A DNA stretch of 64,000 nt from Picochlorum sp. SENEW3 (Eukaryota). Below are positions 44,921 through 56,728 of the stretch, piece after piece. The notes beneath the pieces were generated by a model. The model saw nothing but the letters and a program-made list of their open reading frames with translations. It was not told the origin of the DNA and did not search any database. A program made the position numbers and the translations under genes. The stretch is taken from NCBI GenBank assembly GCA_034226945.1, contig CP120453.1:930001-994000 (forward strand), given 5' to 3'. The first letter of the stretch is position 1. The number at the start of each line of letters is the position of its first letter.

Positions 44921-47855
44921 TTACTGAGTCATTTTATCCTCTGGAGATATTTCATCTCTGGAAACGAGGCGTAGAACTAGGGATTGTCTTTTTCCGAATC
45001 CCTCTTGAATCTGTATTTTGACTGCACAGGGGTCGAATATCTTGTATGCAATTGTCGCATCCGACTTTTTCTTCAGGCTCTGAGATTCTTCATCCAAGAT
45101 GAACGCTTCATCCTCTTCAAGCATGATGCTGCCTTCGAGACCGAACTTGGGAATGAAGACAATGATGGCATTGGATTTGACACGGGTCACCCTAGCATCT
45201 GCAATGACCTCTTTGTCCTTGAAGAAGATCAGTGTGTGGAGGTCGACGGACGCTCTTCCAGCATGCTGAGCATTTCTATGTCGTATGTTCAAATTATCCA
45301 CAACCTGGTGCATGAACATACCATCTCTGAGGCTGTCAGGAAGCGTGTTCAATCCAAGTGCTGCCATGAGAACTCTGTGAACAATGACATCTGCATACCT
45401 TCTGATTGGGGATGTAAAATGCGTGTATATTGGTGCAGCCAGTCCATAGTGGTAGTATTCTTGTTTCGAGACTTCTGCGGAGCTAAAGTATATTGCCTGG
45501 GTCATGCACCGGGTTGCCATAATTCGAATGAGTTTGTTGAAATAGGGATCATCCTTCCGGACAGCTTTATCCAGGGATTCAGCAAGTGCCTGCAGAAAAG
45601 ATTTAATGTCGAAATCAACATCTACGCGATGAGATACTAACGCCAAGACGCACCTTTGATGTATCGGTATCGATTGAAATCCCCACAGCACTTGCTGCTT
45701 TGAGCAGGGGTTCAAATTGCCTGGGAGGTGGCACTGGATGTCGTCTCAATAGCGAATTCGATGGGAAACTGGTAAGACACTTTTCCGCAACAGAACAGTT
45801 GGCCAAGAGCATCATCTCCTCCACCATTTGATTTGTTTCTCGTAACTGATACATTCCGACATCCAGAGGGTCCTGCGTCTCAGTGTCAATTTCAAATTTT
45901 ACCTCTGGTGAAGCAAGTTCAAGGGCTCCCCTGTCCATTCTTTTCTTTCTCAAAATTTTCGCAATTTTATTCATGATTCTTAGGTTTTTCGTGATCTCAT
46001 CTTGCATTCGATCGTCATCAATTCGTGCCTGGGCCTCTGCATATGTGAGAGCAGCTCGACTCTTTATCACACTCTTTGTAAAAGATGTAGATAGGATTTC
46101 AGCGTTTTCGGTCATTTCCCATATGACCGAAAATGCTAGTCTCTCAACATTTGCCCTCAATGAGCATATATCTTCTGTCAATGGCTTTGGAAGCATATCA
46201 ATTCTCCTCTGAACCAAGTATGTTGTCGTGGCACGTGCTGAAGCCTCAATGTCCATGGGAGAATCTGGGTGCAAAAAGTGAGTTACGTCCGCAATATGAA
46301 CACCCAGTTCGATATTTCCGCCAGGTAGTTCTCTAACATGCAGTGCATCATCAATATCTTTGCATCCAGGAGGATCAACACTGCAAATGGGTAAATGACG
46401 AAAGTCCTTTCTGTTTGGATCTGCAAGGTCACCCTCGACAACCTTCCAAGGCAGAGGAGGTACGCATGCATGTACTGCTGGGGTAAAAGGCGCGGTATTG
46501 ATATCATTTTCAATAATTAAGACCTCTGTCTCCACTTCTTTATCACCAATTGTACCCAAAGTCCTCACGTAATGGCCATCAGGGTGTGCAGAGTCAGCAG
46601 ACCAACCATCAATTGCCACAACAAGCCTCTTATCCTGTAACGTCTGAAGCTGCCTTGTCTGTATTCTAACCATGGGGTACTTTTTCTCAATTGGACAAAA
46701 TAATACCGAAGTTGTGTGGGAATCTTTATATGGAGGAGCTCCCTCCTTTGGAGGTAATAATGAACCGCAGTAGCCTCTGCTTCTCCAATTCCTCTTTATG
46801 ATCCCGACCACAACACCTGTAGGCTTGATTTTCTCACCAGAAAGAGAAGGATCATCCTCAGGATCAATCATAGCTACATGGGGTGTTTCTACTCCTGTAT
46901 CTTCAGCATCTAGAAGGTCATCGGTATCCCTTTCCTTCTCAGGAAGCTTGGAGCATGGTGCTTTCCACTTGTCCTCTGGAAGCAGCTCGACCGCAACGAT
47001 ATCTCCATCCATGGCACGATTCATATCAAGTTTATTTCGAATCAAAATGTCTTGCCCTATACTTTGCGAGCCCACCCATCCTTCAAATGGGTTGTATCTG
47101 CTCACTCGTAGAGATCCCTGATGCAAAGTACCTGCCTTGATGGCAGCCATGATTTTACTTGTCGACTCATGCTCACGGTAAATTCTAATCTTTTTCTTGT
47201 TTGAGTCACTTTTCCTAGGAGCCCCATCCCCAGCTATCCCTTGATTGTCTGCATTGCTAAAATGTGCAATCAAATCCAACAGCCCAGGCACATCATTTTC
47301 TCTCATTTTTGCATATTCCATCGAGCTCTTTGCCAGAAGATTCTCATATGTATGACTCAACTTTTCTCTATTATCTCTATCATCAGATACTAGGACAATC
47401 CGCATCGCAGGAATTCTTTTGGCATACCACTCTGCAGTCACCCTAATGGACCGATCATTTCTATCATTGGGGCTTTCATGAGGCTGAGCTGTGATGTACG
47501 TCTCCCGATGATGTTCATTCGCAAAAACATAGAATCTTTTATCCTTTGATGCAATGACTTTCCGCAACCTCTGATACACAGATGAATTCCTGGCCTTTAC
47601 CTCGTTCAAAACAACACTAGGAACAATCACATCTTGCACATCTGGGTGCTCGACCAGATCAATTTGATGCAGAACCACATTCGTATCTAGAATAATGTAA
47701 CAAGATGCTGATCCTGATAAGACCCGAGACACCTCTGGGCATTCAGGGTCTAATTCAGACCCTGAATAAATGTCATCTCTGAGATAGTGCTCCCGAACTA
47801 CTTTGAGAATTTTCCCTCTCTTTGTCTTCTTTACAAATGACTTCGATTTCAGCAT
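44921..47855 (-). CDS. DIS3: Exosome exoribonuclease DIS3/RRP44 (exons 47855-45654, 45589-44921)
   Basis: VREHYLRDDI, PIN domain DTNVVLHQID/ESPNDRNDR, RNB SVDPPGCKDIDDALH and HYGLAAPIYTHFTSPIRRYAD. Confidence 0.96.
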
Positions 47856-48276
47856 GATAAATGCTTTATTCTGATTCGTCTAAACTTCAAAGTAGATGAA
47901 TGTAGCCAAAGAGGGTAAAATTGTTCTTAGTGACACCACATGCATTGATATGTTTAGCCGCAACTTGACGATCTTCTCAGAGATATCCACACAAATAATC
48001 AAGATATAAAACTTTTATATCAACGTTGGGCTGGAAGCCCATGATTTCGGATGGTTTTTGCATTGTCTAGTTCCGTAAAAGAGTATTGAGACAACTGCAT
48101 TCTGCGTGTCTCATTGACTCAGAAAGCGAGCCATCGAATGATTGGAAAAGAAAGCAATTTAAATTTTTAACACATCAGTCTACCGAATACGGAGAATATG
48201 TGGCTCTAGTATCCTCTGGTCGCTTGCTCAAGTGTTTGATTGACCATCTGTGGCAATACAAAAGCGATCCACCCAA

Positions 48277-51200
48277 ATGGATAAGAATCAAGATGCCAGT
48301 AGTCAATTTAATAGTTTGAAGCTCGTCAAGCTTCGAGATATCGTTCATTGCGTCGCTGAAGAAGCGTATGAGAAGCTGCAACTAAGTCTTCAGGGGTCTG
48401 TTCAGGAGAATGGGGAAGGGTTCGTGGTTTCTTTTCATTCTATCATTGGTATATGGAATCTCAAATAATTTGAATTCTGTTGATGCAGGGGTGGTGATGG
48501 GTCCGATACGGAAAAGAATCAGGATGTGTTGCAGGTGTTGCATGAGGCAAAGCAAAAGTTGATGAGGCTCGATATACTCCTGCAGTGGAGTCATAAAGCT
48601 AAAGCTGCTGTACAGTGCAAGAGAGTTCTTGATTCTTGTCAGCAAGATGGAGATGCGATGGTTGCTACAGCAGACCAGCTTGCCTATCTGCATTCTGAGC
48701 TTTTGCATACTCGTGCTCCAATTTTTGAAGTGCCATTATCATTTCGGATATTGAGGGATGGCGATTTCCAATTATTGCCAAGCAGAATATGGAAAGAAGT
48801 TGGTCTGGAAAGATATGCACTCTTCTCCCGAAATAAAGGTGATCGAGTTGGGTGGGAAGACCGTAGAAAGAAGGCATCACTGCAGAGGATGATGTTTTTG
48901 TTGAGATCAAAAGTAATGGAGGATATTCAGGGGCATGAGGAATATTTAGAACTGGAGTTTAATGATGATGAAGCAACTGTACTATTGCGGTCGAAACAGT
49001 TACTGTTCGAACTAGTCCTTTGCCTAGCACCAGCACCTTCTTCAGAAGTGACAGTTAGTAAATGGTGCTGCGATGATGTAGAGATTAGGCACAGACAAGA
49101 TGCCAAGCCAACAGGATGTTGGAGATGGCGGGTGTTGTCAGCGAGAGTACTACCTCTTTTGTATAATACGAGCAATGTGTCACCAGGGACTCTTGATCTT
49201 ATTCGTCAAAGTGTCGAGGACAGAATGTGGGTGGCATCTGATCTGCAAGTGCTGCAGAATTTGGGACTTCAGCAGCAATCCCGAATGTCATTTCGCTCAA
49301 GTACGGAAGAGAAAGAATCTGAAATACCAGATTGGGTGGAGTCACCTATGACGGCTGCAACCTCAATTATGGGGAGAATCTCCAGCCACATTCTTGTTGG
49401 ACTAGTCTTGACTGATTCAGCAAGAGCTTTAGAATCTGGCAGTTGGAAAGGGTTGATAAAGGTTGGGAAACCTCTCAGTGGAAACGGTATTCGTATAGAA
49501 TTGTGGTGTAACTTGCCAACCATCTCGGTGGATATGTATGAGATGAGCAAATCTGATGCACCCTTGGATGAGCAATGGAGTGGTGAAGATCATATGGGTG
49601 CGGAACTTGAGGTGAAGCTCATTTCTTCGGAGGTCATAGCAAGCGTGTATCCAAGTGGAACAAATGCTTGCTATGTTTCGATAGCTGAATTATGTGGTCT
49701 GAGAGGGAAGGGAAGCGTTGATTTAAACAGAGTTCTTCTGAGAATAGCAAAGGACCTTTCGGCAAGAGCACTGGAATGTATTGCTTGTGTACTTAGACGG
49801 TTAGTGGGCAGTAATAAAACGATTGCCGACTGTTTTGTGGTTTCTTTTGTGAATAGCGAGGGCATCGAGCCGCCAAGGTTAGATTTGATGTCTTACAATG
49901 AACCTATCATGTCACTTAGCATACATTTGAAATCTGGATACCCCATAGTCTTGCCAGGATTTTCAATTTTGGAGGATGGTCCCGTCACTGCTCATGCACA
50001 GAGGCTTATCAACATTGCAAATGATCAATTGAAGCGAAACTTGGAAGGATTTAACGATTTACCGAAGGCATCTGGCCAGCCCATGGCGGCATACTACTGC
50101 TCAGTTGCCAAGAAGACTTTGCACTTGTGGTCTGAACTCGTCTCTTTCATATCATTCAGGCACACTTTGTACCAAAATCCACTTTGTGGCTTGGAAGAAT
50201 GTTCCAAAGTGCCTGGTGTCCTGGCAGAACCAGATTATTACACGTTCTGCTATAAGATCGTGTCCCCAGTGAATATGCTGCAACCTGAATCTCAGAGCAT
50301 GATCAGAAAGGCCCAGGCCTTTCTAACAGGCTACTTTGTCTTGTCCAGCAGCCTAGGTAGCATACGGTTTGAATCCTCGAAACTGTGTATTTATGAGATG
50401 GATTCTATGAATGCCTCAATAACGAGAGAAAGAATTGTCGACGAGAATGTCCCATGCTGGGATGAGATAGTTTCAGAAGATGTAGAGGAAGACGTTGCAG
50501 GGAAAAAGAGGTCCAGAGAAGATGCGATAGTCACGCTCCCCAAAATTCGTCGCCAACTCTCCTCTAAATCGAAGGTCTACTTTCAGAAGATAGATCAATG
50601 GGTTCAAAACAAATTCATGAGGGAATTTATGCTATTCCAGTTTGAAAATTTGAAGCTTCAGCATGCGTCAACAGAGTCAGACCTTGTTTTCAATATTTCT
50701 TTACCCCAGCCTTTATTGCAAGCAATGAAGAAGCTAGATTCAGATTCCAACCCTGCCGAAGCAAGGCTGACAGTATCGCAGGACTTCTCATTCTCCATTG
50801 ATTTGTCAAATAGTCCTCTCACTTCATGGCCAAAGAACATATTTGATTGTGAGCAACAGTCTTCTGTAGCATTCTTGCCGAGATTATCTCACAGTAATGC
50901 AAAATGTAGCATATATGATACGCGGTTTGAGATTCAGTACCCCAACAATGATAGAATGCAGGGAGTGTGGAATGGAGTTCTGGATATTTATCACATTCTG
51001 GAATGTCAGATGTTTGCAAAGAGGCTGATGGCTGTCGAACTTAGAAATTCTGGTGCAATATCGCTTTCTATTGAGAGTATTAATCTGGATCATATTGAGA
51101 TGAAACTATTTGGGAAAGGATGGAGAGATTCCGCTCCCAAATTTGAGTGCTGCGCTAGAATTTCATGGAGTGCCAATGCCACCATTACCAAAGATTGGCC

Positions 51201-51726
51201 ACACGGTGCAGCGTCTTTGGTATGCAATAGCCTCATATATTATTCGAAAGATCTTTCATCTAAAGTATCTCGTCATTTGGATGATATGCTCCAGAATGTT
51301 ATGAAATCAAGCGATGTCACTATGTTGACAAAGTTTATGCACTGCTTTGCCGAGTACTCTTATCTTGGTCACTTTTTGGAAGATTGTCTTGGTCCACAGA
51401 GGGCAGGATCCGTAGCCATGGTTGATCAAGGCACACTTCAGTTCTCTGATGACATGGATTGCAGCATTCTATGCAGCTTCACCTTTCACAAGGTCAATCG
51501 TCTCAAGTGTACTTTCAGAATTCATGTTGCTGGCTTTACAGAGTTCGCATGCTCTTCTATTGATGGCCGGGCGCAATGGCTGAACGAATTGTGGAACATG
51601 TGGAGTATGGAGACAGGATGGAAAATTGAACGCCGCGACGGCCACGTAAGTGCACCAAATGGAGACCTAGAGAGTCTGTCACATATTCTCTCTGAACTAC
51701 TGTTTGCTGCTGCTGGACAACGGTAA
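48277..51726 (+). CDS. MED14: Mediator subunit 14 (exons 48277-48419, 48489-51726)
   Basis: Spliced N-terminus EEAYEKL...SDTEK..VLQVLHEAKQKLMRL..LLQW...ADQLAYLHSELLHTRAPIFEVP..ILRDGDFQLLP matches the MED14 N-terminal domain. The C-terminal part is divergent. Confidence 0.8.
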
Positions 51727-51792
51727 ATTTAATTTCATTGAAACAATAAAAAATGTAAAACTCATCAAATGCCGATTGATTCATTTCTATTA

Positions 51793-52992
51793 TTAATCTA
51801 ATGTAAACACTGAAAGAGACCCATCCGAAAATGCACTAGCAAGAACTGGAACACCAGGCTGAAACGGTTGCCATGCAACAGCACTGCAGAAATGGTTCTG
51901 GCTCGAAGCCTCAAAGCGAGACGGTTTCATCCGTACAGAATCATTGCGATTCATCCCATAGCAAAATACTTCCGCATTCTCACTGCCGCACGAGATCAAA
52001 CCGCCCTCTGATCGCACAGAGAGTCCAACAAAGTGTTTGTCATTGTTGTGTCCATGGAAAACCTTTTCCTTTTCCTCGCGCTCTATGTTCCATGCGATCA
52101 CAGACGAATCTATAGCAGCGGTAACAAGAGTATTACGATCCAAGAAACGCGCATACGAAGCTGGGCGTCTGTGACCCCTGAACACATGTACCGGCCTTGA
52201 AGCATTCCGTGTATCATAGAGATACGCATTGCAATCTCCAGAGGAAATGCCAATCATATGACTATTCCAAGGCGATATCTCTACACCAGTAACGGGAATC
52301 TTTGCGCTTGGATCCCCAACTCTAATCCGAGTCACAACACGTTTCGAATGATCCCATATTGCTACCGTCCCATCTTCTGATGCAGATGCCATGCACCCTT
52401 GCTCCATTCTAGAGTAAGACACGCTCCACACCCGATGACCAGAATGCTCATCACATTCAAACAAGATATGGCCACTCTCCACATCGATTTCGGTCACAAC
52501 CCCATCATAATCTCCCACAGATACCAGTCCACGCCGCCCAGTATTCCATGCAATACTGCTCAATTTACTTGCCGACCGATGCACACGAATTGGGCGTGCA
52601 TCGTTCTCAAACAGTATGGAAGCAGCAGAATATACTCGTACTTGCTTTGAAACTCCAGCAGATGCTAATAACCACCCCTGCTCTTCAAATTCCAGCCCAC
52701 ATTCTATGTCAGTTGCTGTGGAAGGAGGTGTATGCAACACCTCCTGAAACCCACACCTTCTCGAGTCCAAGGATCCTCCACTCGCTACATGTCTTGGAAA
52801 ATTTCCATTGAAACTGTCAGGTACGACTCTGCTGCTATGCCAATCCCACACATCTCCCCGGAGACTCGTCATCAACCCTTCCCTGTCCTCCTGCTCTGGA
52901 GCAGAAGCTTGAATACTCGCCCTCTGGCAATATCCACATTGATTGCTATCACATCCTTTCTGTAAACAATCATAAGAATCACTAGAGCACAT
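51793..52992 (-). CDS. COP1-related WD40-only protein, RUP1/RUP2-like (repressor of UV-B photomorphogenesis)
   Basis: LEFE...LASAGVSKQVRVY, SKLSSIAW, GDYDGVVTEID..G...ECDEHSGHRVWSV, GHNNDKHFVGLSV and CGSEN. No RING, coiled-coil or kinase domain. Confidence 0.8.
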   Translation of the reverse strand: MCSSDSYDCLQKGCDSNQCGYCQRASIQASAPEQEDREGLMTSLRGDVWDWHSSRVVPDSFNGNFPRHVASGGSLDSRRCGFQEVLHTPPSTATDIECGLEFEEQGWLLASAGVSKQVRVYSAASILFENDARPIRVHRSASKLSSIAWNTGRRGLVSVGDYDGVVTEIDVESGHILFECDEHSGHRVWSVSYSRMEQGCMASASEDGTVAIWDHSKRVVTRIRVGDPSAKIPVTGVEISPWNSHMIGISSGDCNAYLYDTRNASRPVHVFRGHRRPASYARFLDRNTLVTAAIDSSVIAWNIEREEKEKVFHGHNNDKHFVGLSVRSEGGLISCGSENAEVFCYGMNRNDSVRMKPSRFEASSQNHFCSAVAWQPFQPGVPVLASAFSDGSLSVFTLD

Positions 52993-53370
52993 TATGACCA
53001 CCCAGAAAGCCGTATCTCGTGTTTGGTATATACCAAGCAACGAGTGGCAAAGATGTGCCTCTCTCCTGACCACTCAACCAGTAGATGGACAATGCTGCTT
53101 CAATACTAGCTCTAGACCATACTCACGACCCATTCAATTATTTGTATATTACAAAGGTTGATTAATGTGCCATTGCATGTCCAGTTTATTGCCTTGAAGG
53201 CACACGATGCGTTACCTCCCTCTGTGGTCTTCGACCCGAATCTGTAAATAAAACATTAAGAACGCCCTGTTCAAATGGACACATCAGATTCCTGGATAAC
53301 CCGGGATGGTAACAGAGTTCCAATCAGATTTTGATGCATTAATTGATTGTAGCAATTAAAGAATGCTCTC

Positions 53371-55248
53371 ATGAGTTCGTCAGGGCGCCGTTTGGAAGAG
53401 ACAACTCGTTGGGTTGAAGAGGAGGCATTGTTCGCAGTCGGGGAAGGAGAAGTGCCTTCATTTTCATCATCTTCTCAGAATACGAATTTCAATGATGACG
53501 AGGAGGGTCCGATTGTGGTGGTTTCTGGTAATTATCTAGATGATGGAAGAAGGGGGACGAAACACCAAGAGCCTGGCTTCTTTGGAGTCCAGATGGATTC
53601 TGCCAGTTGGAAGGCATTCTTGGTCCATATGGGCCCCGGTTTTCTCATGTGTATAGCATATATAGATCCTGGGAATTTAGAAGCTGATCTGCAGACTGGT
53701 GTGGGGACAGGATATAGTTTGTTGTGGGTCTTACTATGGTCGACAGTGCTTGGGGGCGTGTTGCAGTCCCTTGCAGCCAAATTGGGTGTGTCGACGTCGA
53801 TGCATTTAGCACAGCATTGTCGCACCGTATATCCTCGATATATGCGCTATATACTATGGGTTATGGCGGAGTTGGCCATCATCGGGAGCGATATTCAGGA
53901 GGTTATTGGCTCATCGTTGGCTCTCATGTTACTGACTGGAGGAGCCATGCCTCTGTGGCTGGGTGTTGTGATTGGTGCAGTGACAGCATATTTGCTGCTG
54001 TTTTTAGAAAAGTTTGGTCTCAAGTGGTTGGAAGTTTTTTTCCAGATGCTGGTTGGGATTTTGGGTGTGTGCATGGCAGTGCTATTCTTTGTTGCCAAGG
54101 TGCCATATGGACGAGTGCTTCACGGTCTTGCTGTGCCAACATTGAGCATTGGATCACTTCCTACTGCAACAGGGCTGTTGGGAGCTATCATTATGCCCCA
54201 TAATTTATTTTTACATTCTGCTCTGGTCCACGAGAGAGGAATCCCTGTTGAGTATAGATCTACAGCAAAGCATTCTCTGTGGTACTACAAATTGGAATCT
54301 GCTTTTGCCTTGTTTGTGACTCTAGGCATAAATACAGCCGTAATTTCAGTTTTCTCCCACGGTTTTCACAAGGAAGGTGAGGCAACGGCTGATATTGGGT
54401 TGTTTAATGCTGGGCAGTTTCTTGGTGACAAGTATGGGCCTGCCATGGCTCTTGTATGGGCCATTGGGTTACTCGCTGCTGGGCAGAGCAGTACCATGAC
54501 AGGCACATACGCAGGACAATTTGTCATGTCAGGGTTTCTCAATCTCAAAATGGGTCCCTATAAACGGGCCCTGTTGACTCGTGCGTTTGCTCTCGTGCCA
54601 ACGTTGCTCGTGGCAGTCATGTGTTCAGGAACATCAACAGGTTTGGATGTCTTGAATCAGTGGTTGAATATATTGCAGTCGATTCAGCTTCCGTTTGCAA
54701 TCATACCTCTCTTGGCGATAACGGCAAATGCATCCATTGTTGGACTCGGATTTGTGAATTCAGCCATGACCAACACTGTTAGCATTGTGACAGCCTCTGT
54801 GATTATTCTGATTAATGCAGGAACTGCATACCAGACTGCTTTGACAGTGCTTGCCGGAAAATCATGGATTTTGCACACGGGTTTCTGGTGTATCGCATTG
54901 GTGTATCTCGGCGCTGTCATCTGTCTCACATATTTGTCCTTCCAATCCCTGTGCCATCAGAGTGCACAAGATGACGAGGTTGAGGACAGGCCATCTGCCA
55001 CGGATCCTCTGTTATCTGTCGTGAGAGAAGAAGAAGAGATGCTCGAGGATGATGTTGTAAAAGCCGCAGGTACCTATGCCCCGCCGGTTGTCCCCCCAGT
55101 CAGGTTGCCACAAACCGACGCACAGCAGGTGACCAGTGGTGTAACTACTCCAAGATCTGTAGCGAGTAGTAGTATGCTTCAGAGCAGTAGATATGGACCC
55201 GTGTCTTCACATGCAATAGATGATGCCATCGATGAAGCATCTCCATAA
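53371..55248 (+). CDS. NRAMP: NRAMP divalent metal transporter
   Basis: GPGFLMCIAYIDPGN, MPHNLFLHS and GQSSTMTGTYAGQFVMSGFL, with multiple TM helices. Confidence 0.96.
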   Translation: MSSSGRRLEETTRWVEEEALFAVGEGEVPSFSSSSQNTNFNDDEEGPIVVVSGNYLDDGRRGTKHQEPGFFGVQMDSASWKAFLVHMGPGFLMCIAYIDPGNLEADLQTGVGTGYSLLWVLLWSTVLGGVLQSLAAKLGVSTSMHLAQHCRTVYPRYMRYILWVMAELAIIGSDIQEVIGSSLALMLLTGGAMPLWLGVVIGAVTAYLLLFLEKFGLKWLEVFFQMLVGILGVCMAVLFFVAKVPYGRVLHGLAVPTLSIGSLPTATGLLGAIIMPHNLFLHSALVHERGIPVEYRSTAKHSLWYYKLESAFALFVTLGINTAVISVFSHGFHKEGEATADIGLFNAGQFLGDKYGPAMALVWAIGLLAAGQSSTMTGTYAGQFVMSGFLNLKMGPYKRALLTRAFALVPTLLVAVMCSGTSTGLDVLNQWLNILQSIQLPFAIIPLLAITANASIVGLGFVNSAMTNTVSIVTASVIILINAGTAYQTALTVLAGKSWILHTGFWCIALVYLGAVICLTYLSFQSLCHQSAQDDEVEDRPSATDPLLSVVREEEEMLEDDVVKAAGTYAPPVVPPVRLPQTDAQQVTSGVTTPRSVASSSMLQSSRYGPVSSHAIDDAIDEASP

Positions 55249-55361
55249 TATAGAGGCATCTGTCTTCCCAATGAAGACCTTGCAAGATACAAGCAGGATC
55301 GGATTCGCTTCAAAGTGCCATTAATTTTTGTGTATTACTATTAAACAGTGCTTTGAGAATA

Positions 55362-56611
55362 ATGTACGTAGATAATTCCGTGTATATAACCACGTAGTCG
55401 TGAGATCATGTTTGCTGCGGCATGACCATGTAACCCAACGTTGAATGTTCCTGTGAAGGTCTGGATCAAACTGTCAAGAATTGTTTCAGCCACTGAAAGT
55501 GGGATCTATGGATCTGGCTCATCGCATCGTATATGCCCCATTGACGCGGTGTCGAGCTCTAACATCAGTTCCTGTACAGATGAGTGTGCAATATTACAGT
55601 GAAAGGGCGACAAAGGGTGGTTTGATGATCACAGAGGGTACTATTGTGAGTGAACATGGGTTTGGATATCCATACACGCCAGGCATTTTCACCAAGGAAC
55701 AGGTGGAGGGGTGGAAGCCAATTGTGAAGGCTGTGAAGGAGAAGGGAGCCTTCATGTTCTGTCAGATTTGGCACTGTGGGCGGGCATCTCATCAGCACTA
55801 TCAGCCTAATGGAGAAACTCCTATTTCTTGCTCTGATGTGCCTATCAAGGGACAGCAGTGCTTCAGTTCGAAGAGCATGCAGATGGAGGATTATCCAGTG
55901 CCTAGGGCCCTTGACAAAGAAGAGCTTCCAAAAATTGCAGAGCAATTCCGAATGGCAGCGAAGAATGCCATTGAAGCTGGATTCGATGGTGTGGAGATTC
56001 ACGGGGCTAATGGATACCTGCTTGATTCTTTCATGAAGGATGGTATCAACAACCGGACTGACGAGTACGGTCGCTCGATTGAGAATCGTTGTAGATTTCC
56101 TTTGGAGGTGGTCCAAGCTGTTTGCGATGAAATTGGAGCGGAACGCGTTGGATATCGTTTGTCGCCGTTTGGTGGATTCTTGGATGCTCAGGACAGCCAT
56201 CCCTACGCCTCTGTGTCTTACATGATTGAAGAGCTGAACAGGTTTGGGTTGGCGTACATTCATTGCCTCGAGCCGCGGGTTAAAGGTAACACGGATCAAG
56301 AGGCTGATCCACACTTTTCTTTAGCGCCTTTCAGAAAGATTTGTCGCACCGTGTTTATTGCCTCAGGTGGCTATGTGCCACAAGATGCAGCTGATGCCAT
56401 TGGGTCTGGATCAGCAGATTTGGTGGCTTTTGGTCGTCGTTACTTGGCGAATCCAGATTTCGTCAAGAGAATCAAGGTCGGAGCTCCTCTTAATGAGTAT
56501 GACAGGTCTACATTTTACACGCAAGGTGCAGAAGGGTATATCGATTACCCTTTTTTGGAGGACACTGAGTGGGGCCGTGAGCATGCAACACTTTTGAAGG
56601 ATGCAAAGTAA
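55362..56611 (+). CDS. Old yellow enzyme / 12-oxophytodienoate reductase-like flavin oxidoreductase (exons 55362-55363, 55459-56611)
   Basis: LFQP, HRIVYAPLTRCR, QIWHCGR, GFDGVEIHGANGYL, RTDEYG and FGRRYLANPD. No PTS1. Start codon inferred as AT|G across intron 55364-55458. Confidence 0.92.
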
Positions 56612-56728
56612 GTTTGTTAATCATTTTATCAAGATGCTTTATTATTATTCTTTTGCGTTTGCATATTCCAGATTCATCTATTGTTGCAAACAAAGTACTA
56701 TCAATATGTAACGATTGTAATACAAGAG

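Noticed and set aside
55565..56314. Long antisense ORFs (this 249-aa one, 44984-45640, 12826-13317 and similar)
   Set aside because: Shadow frames of well-supported genes on the opposite strand, with no motifs of their own.
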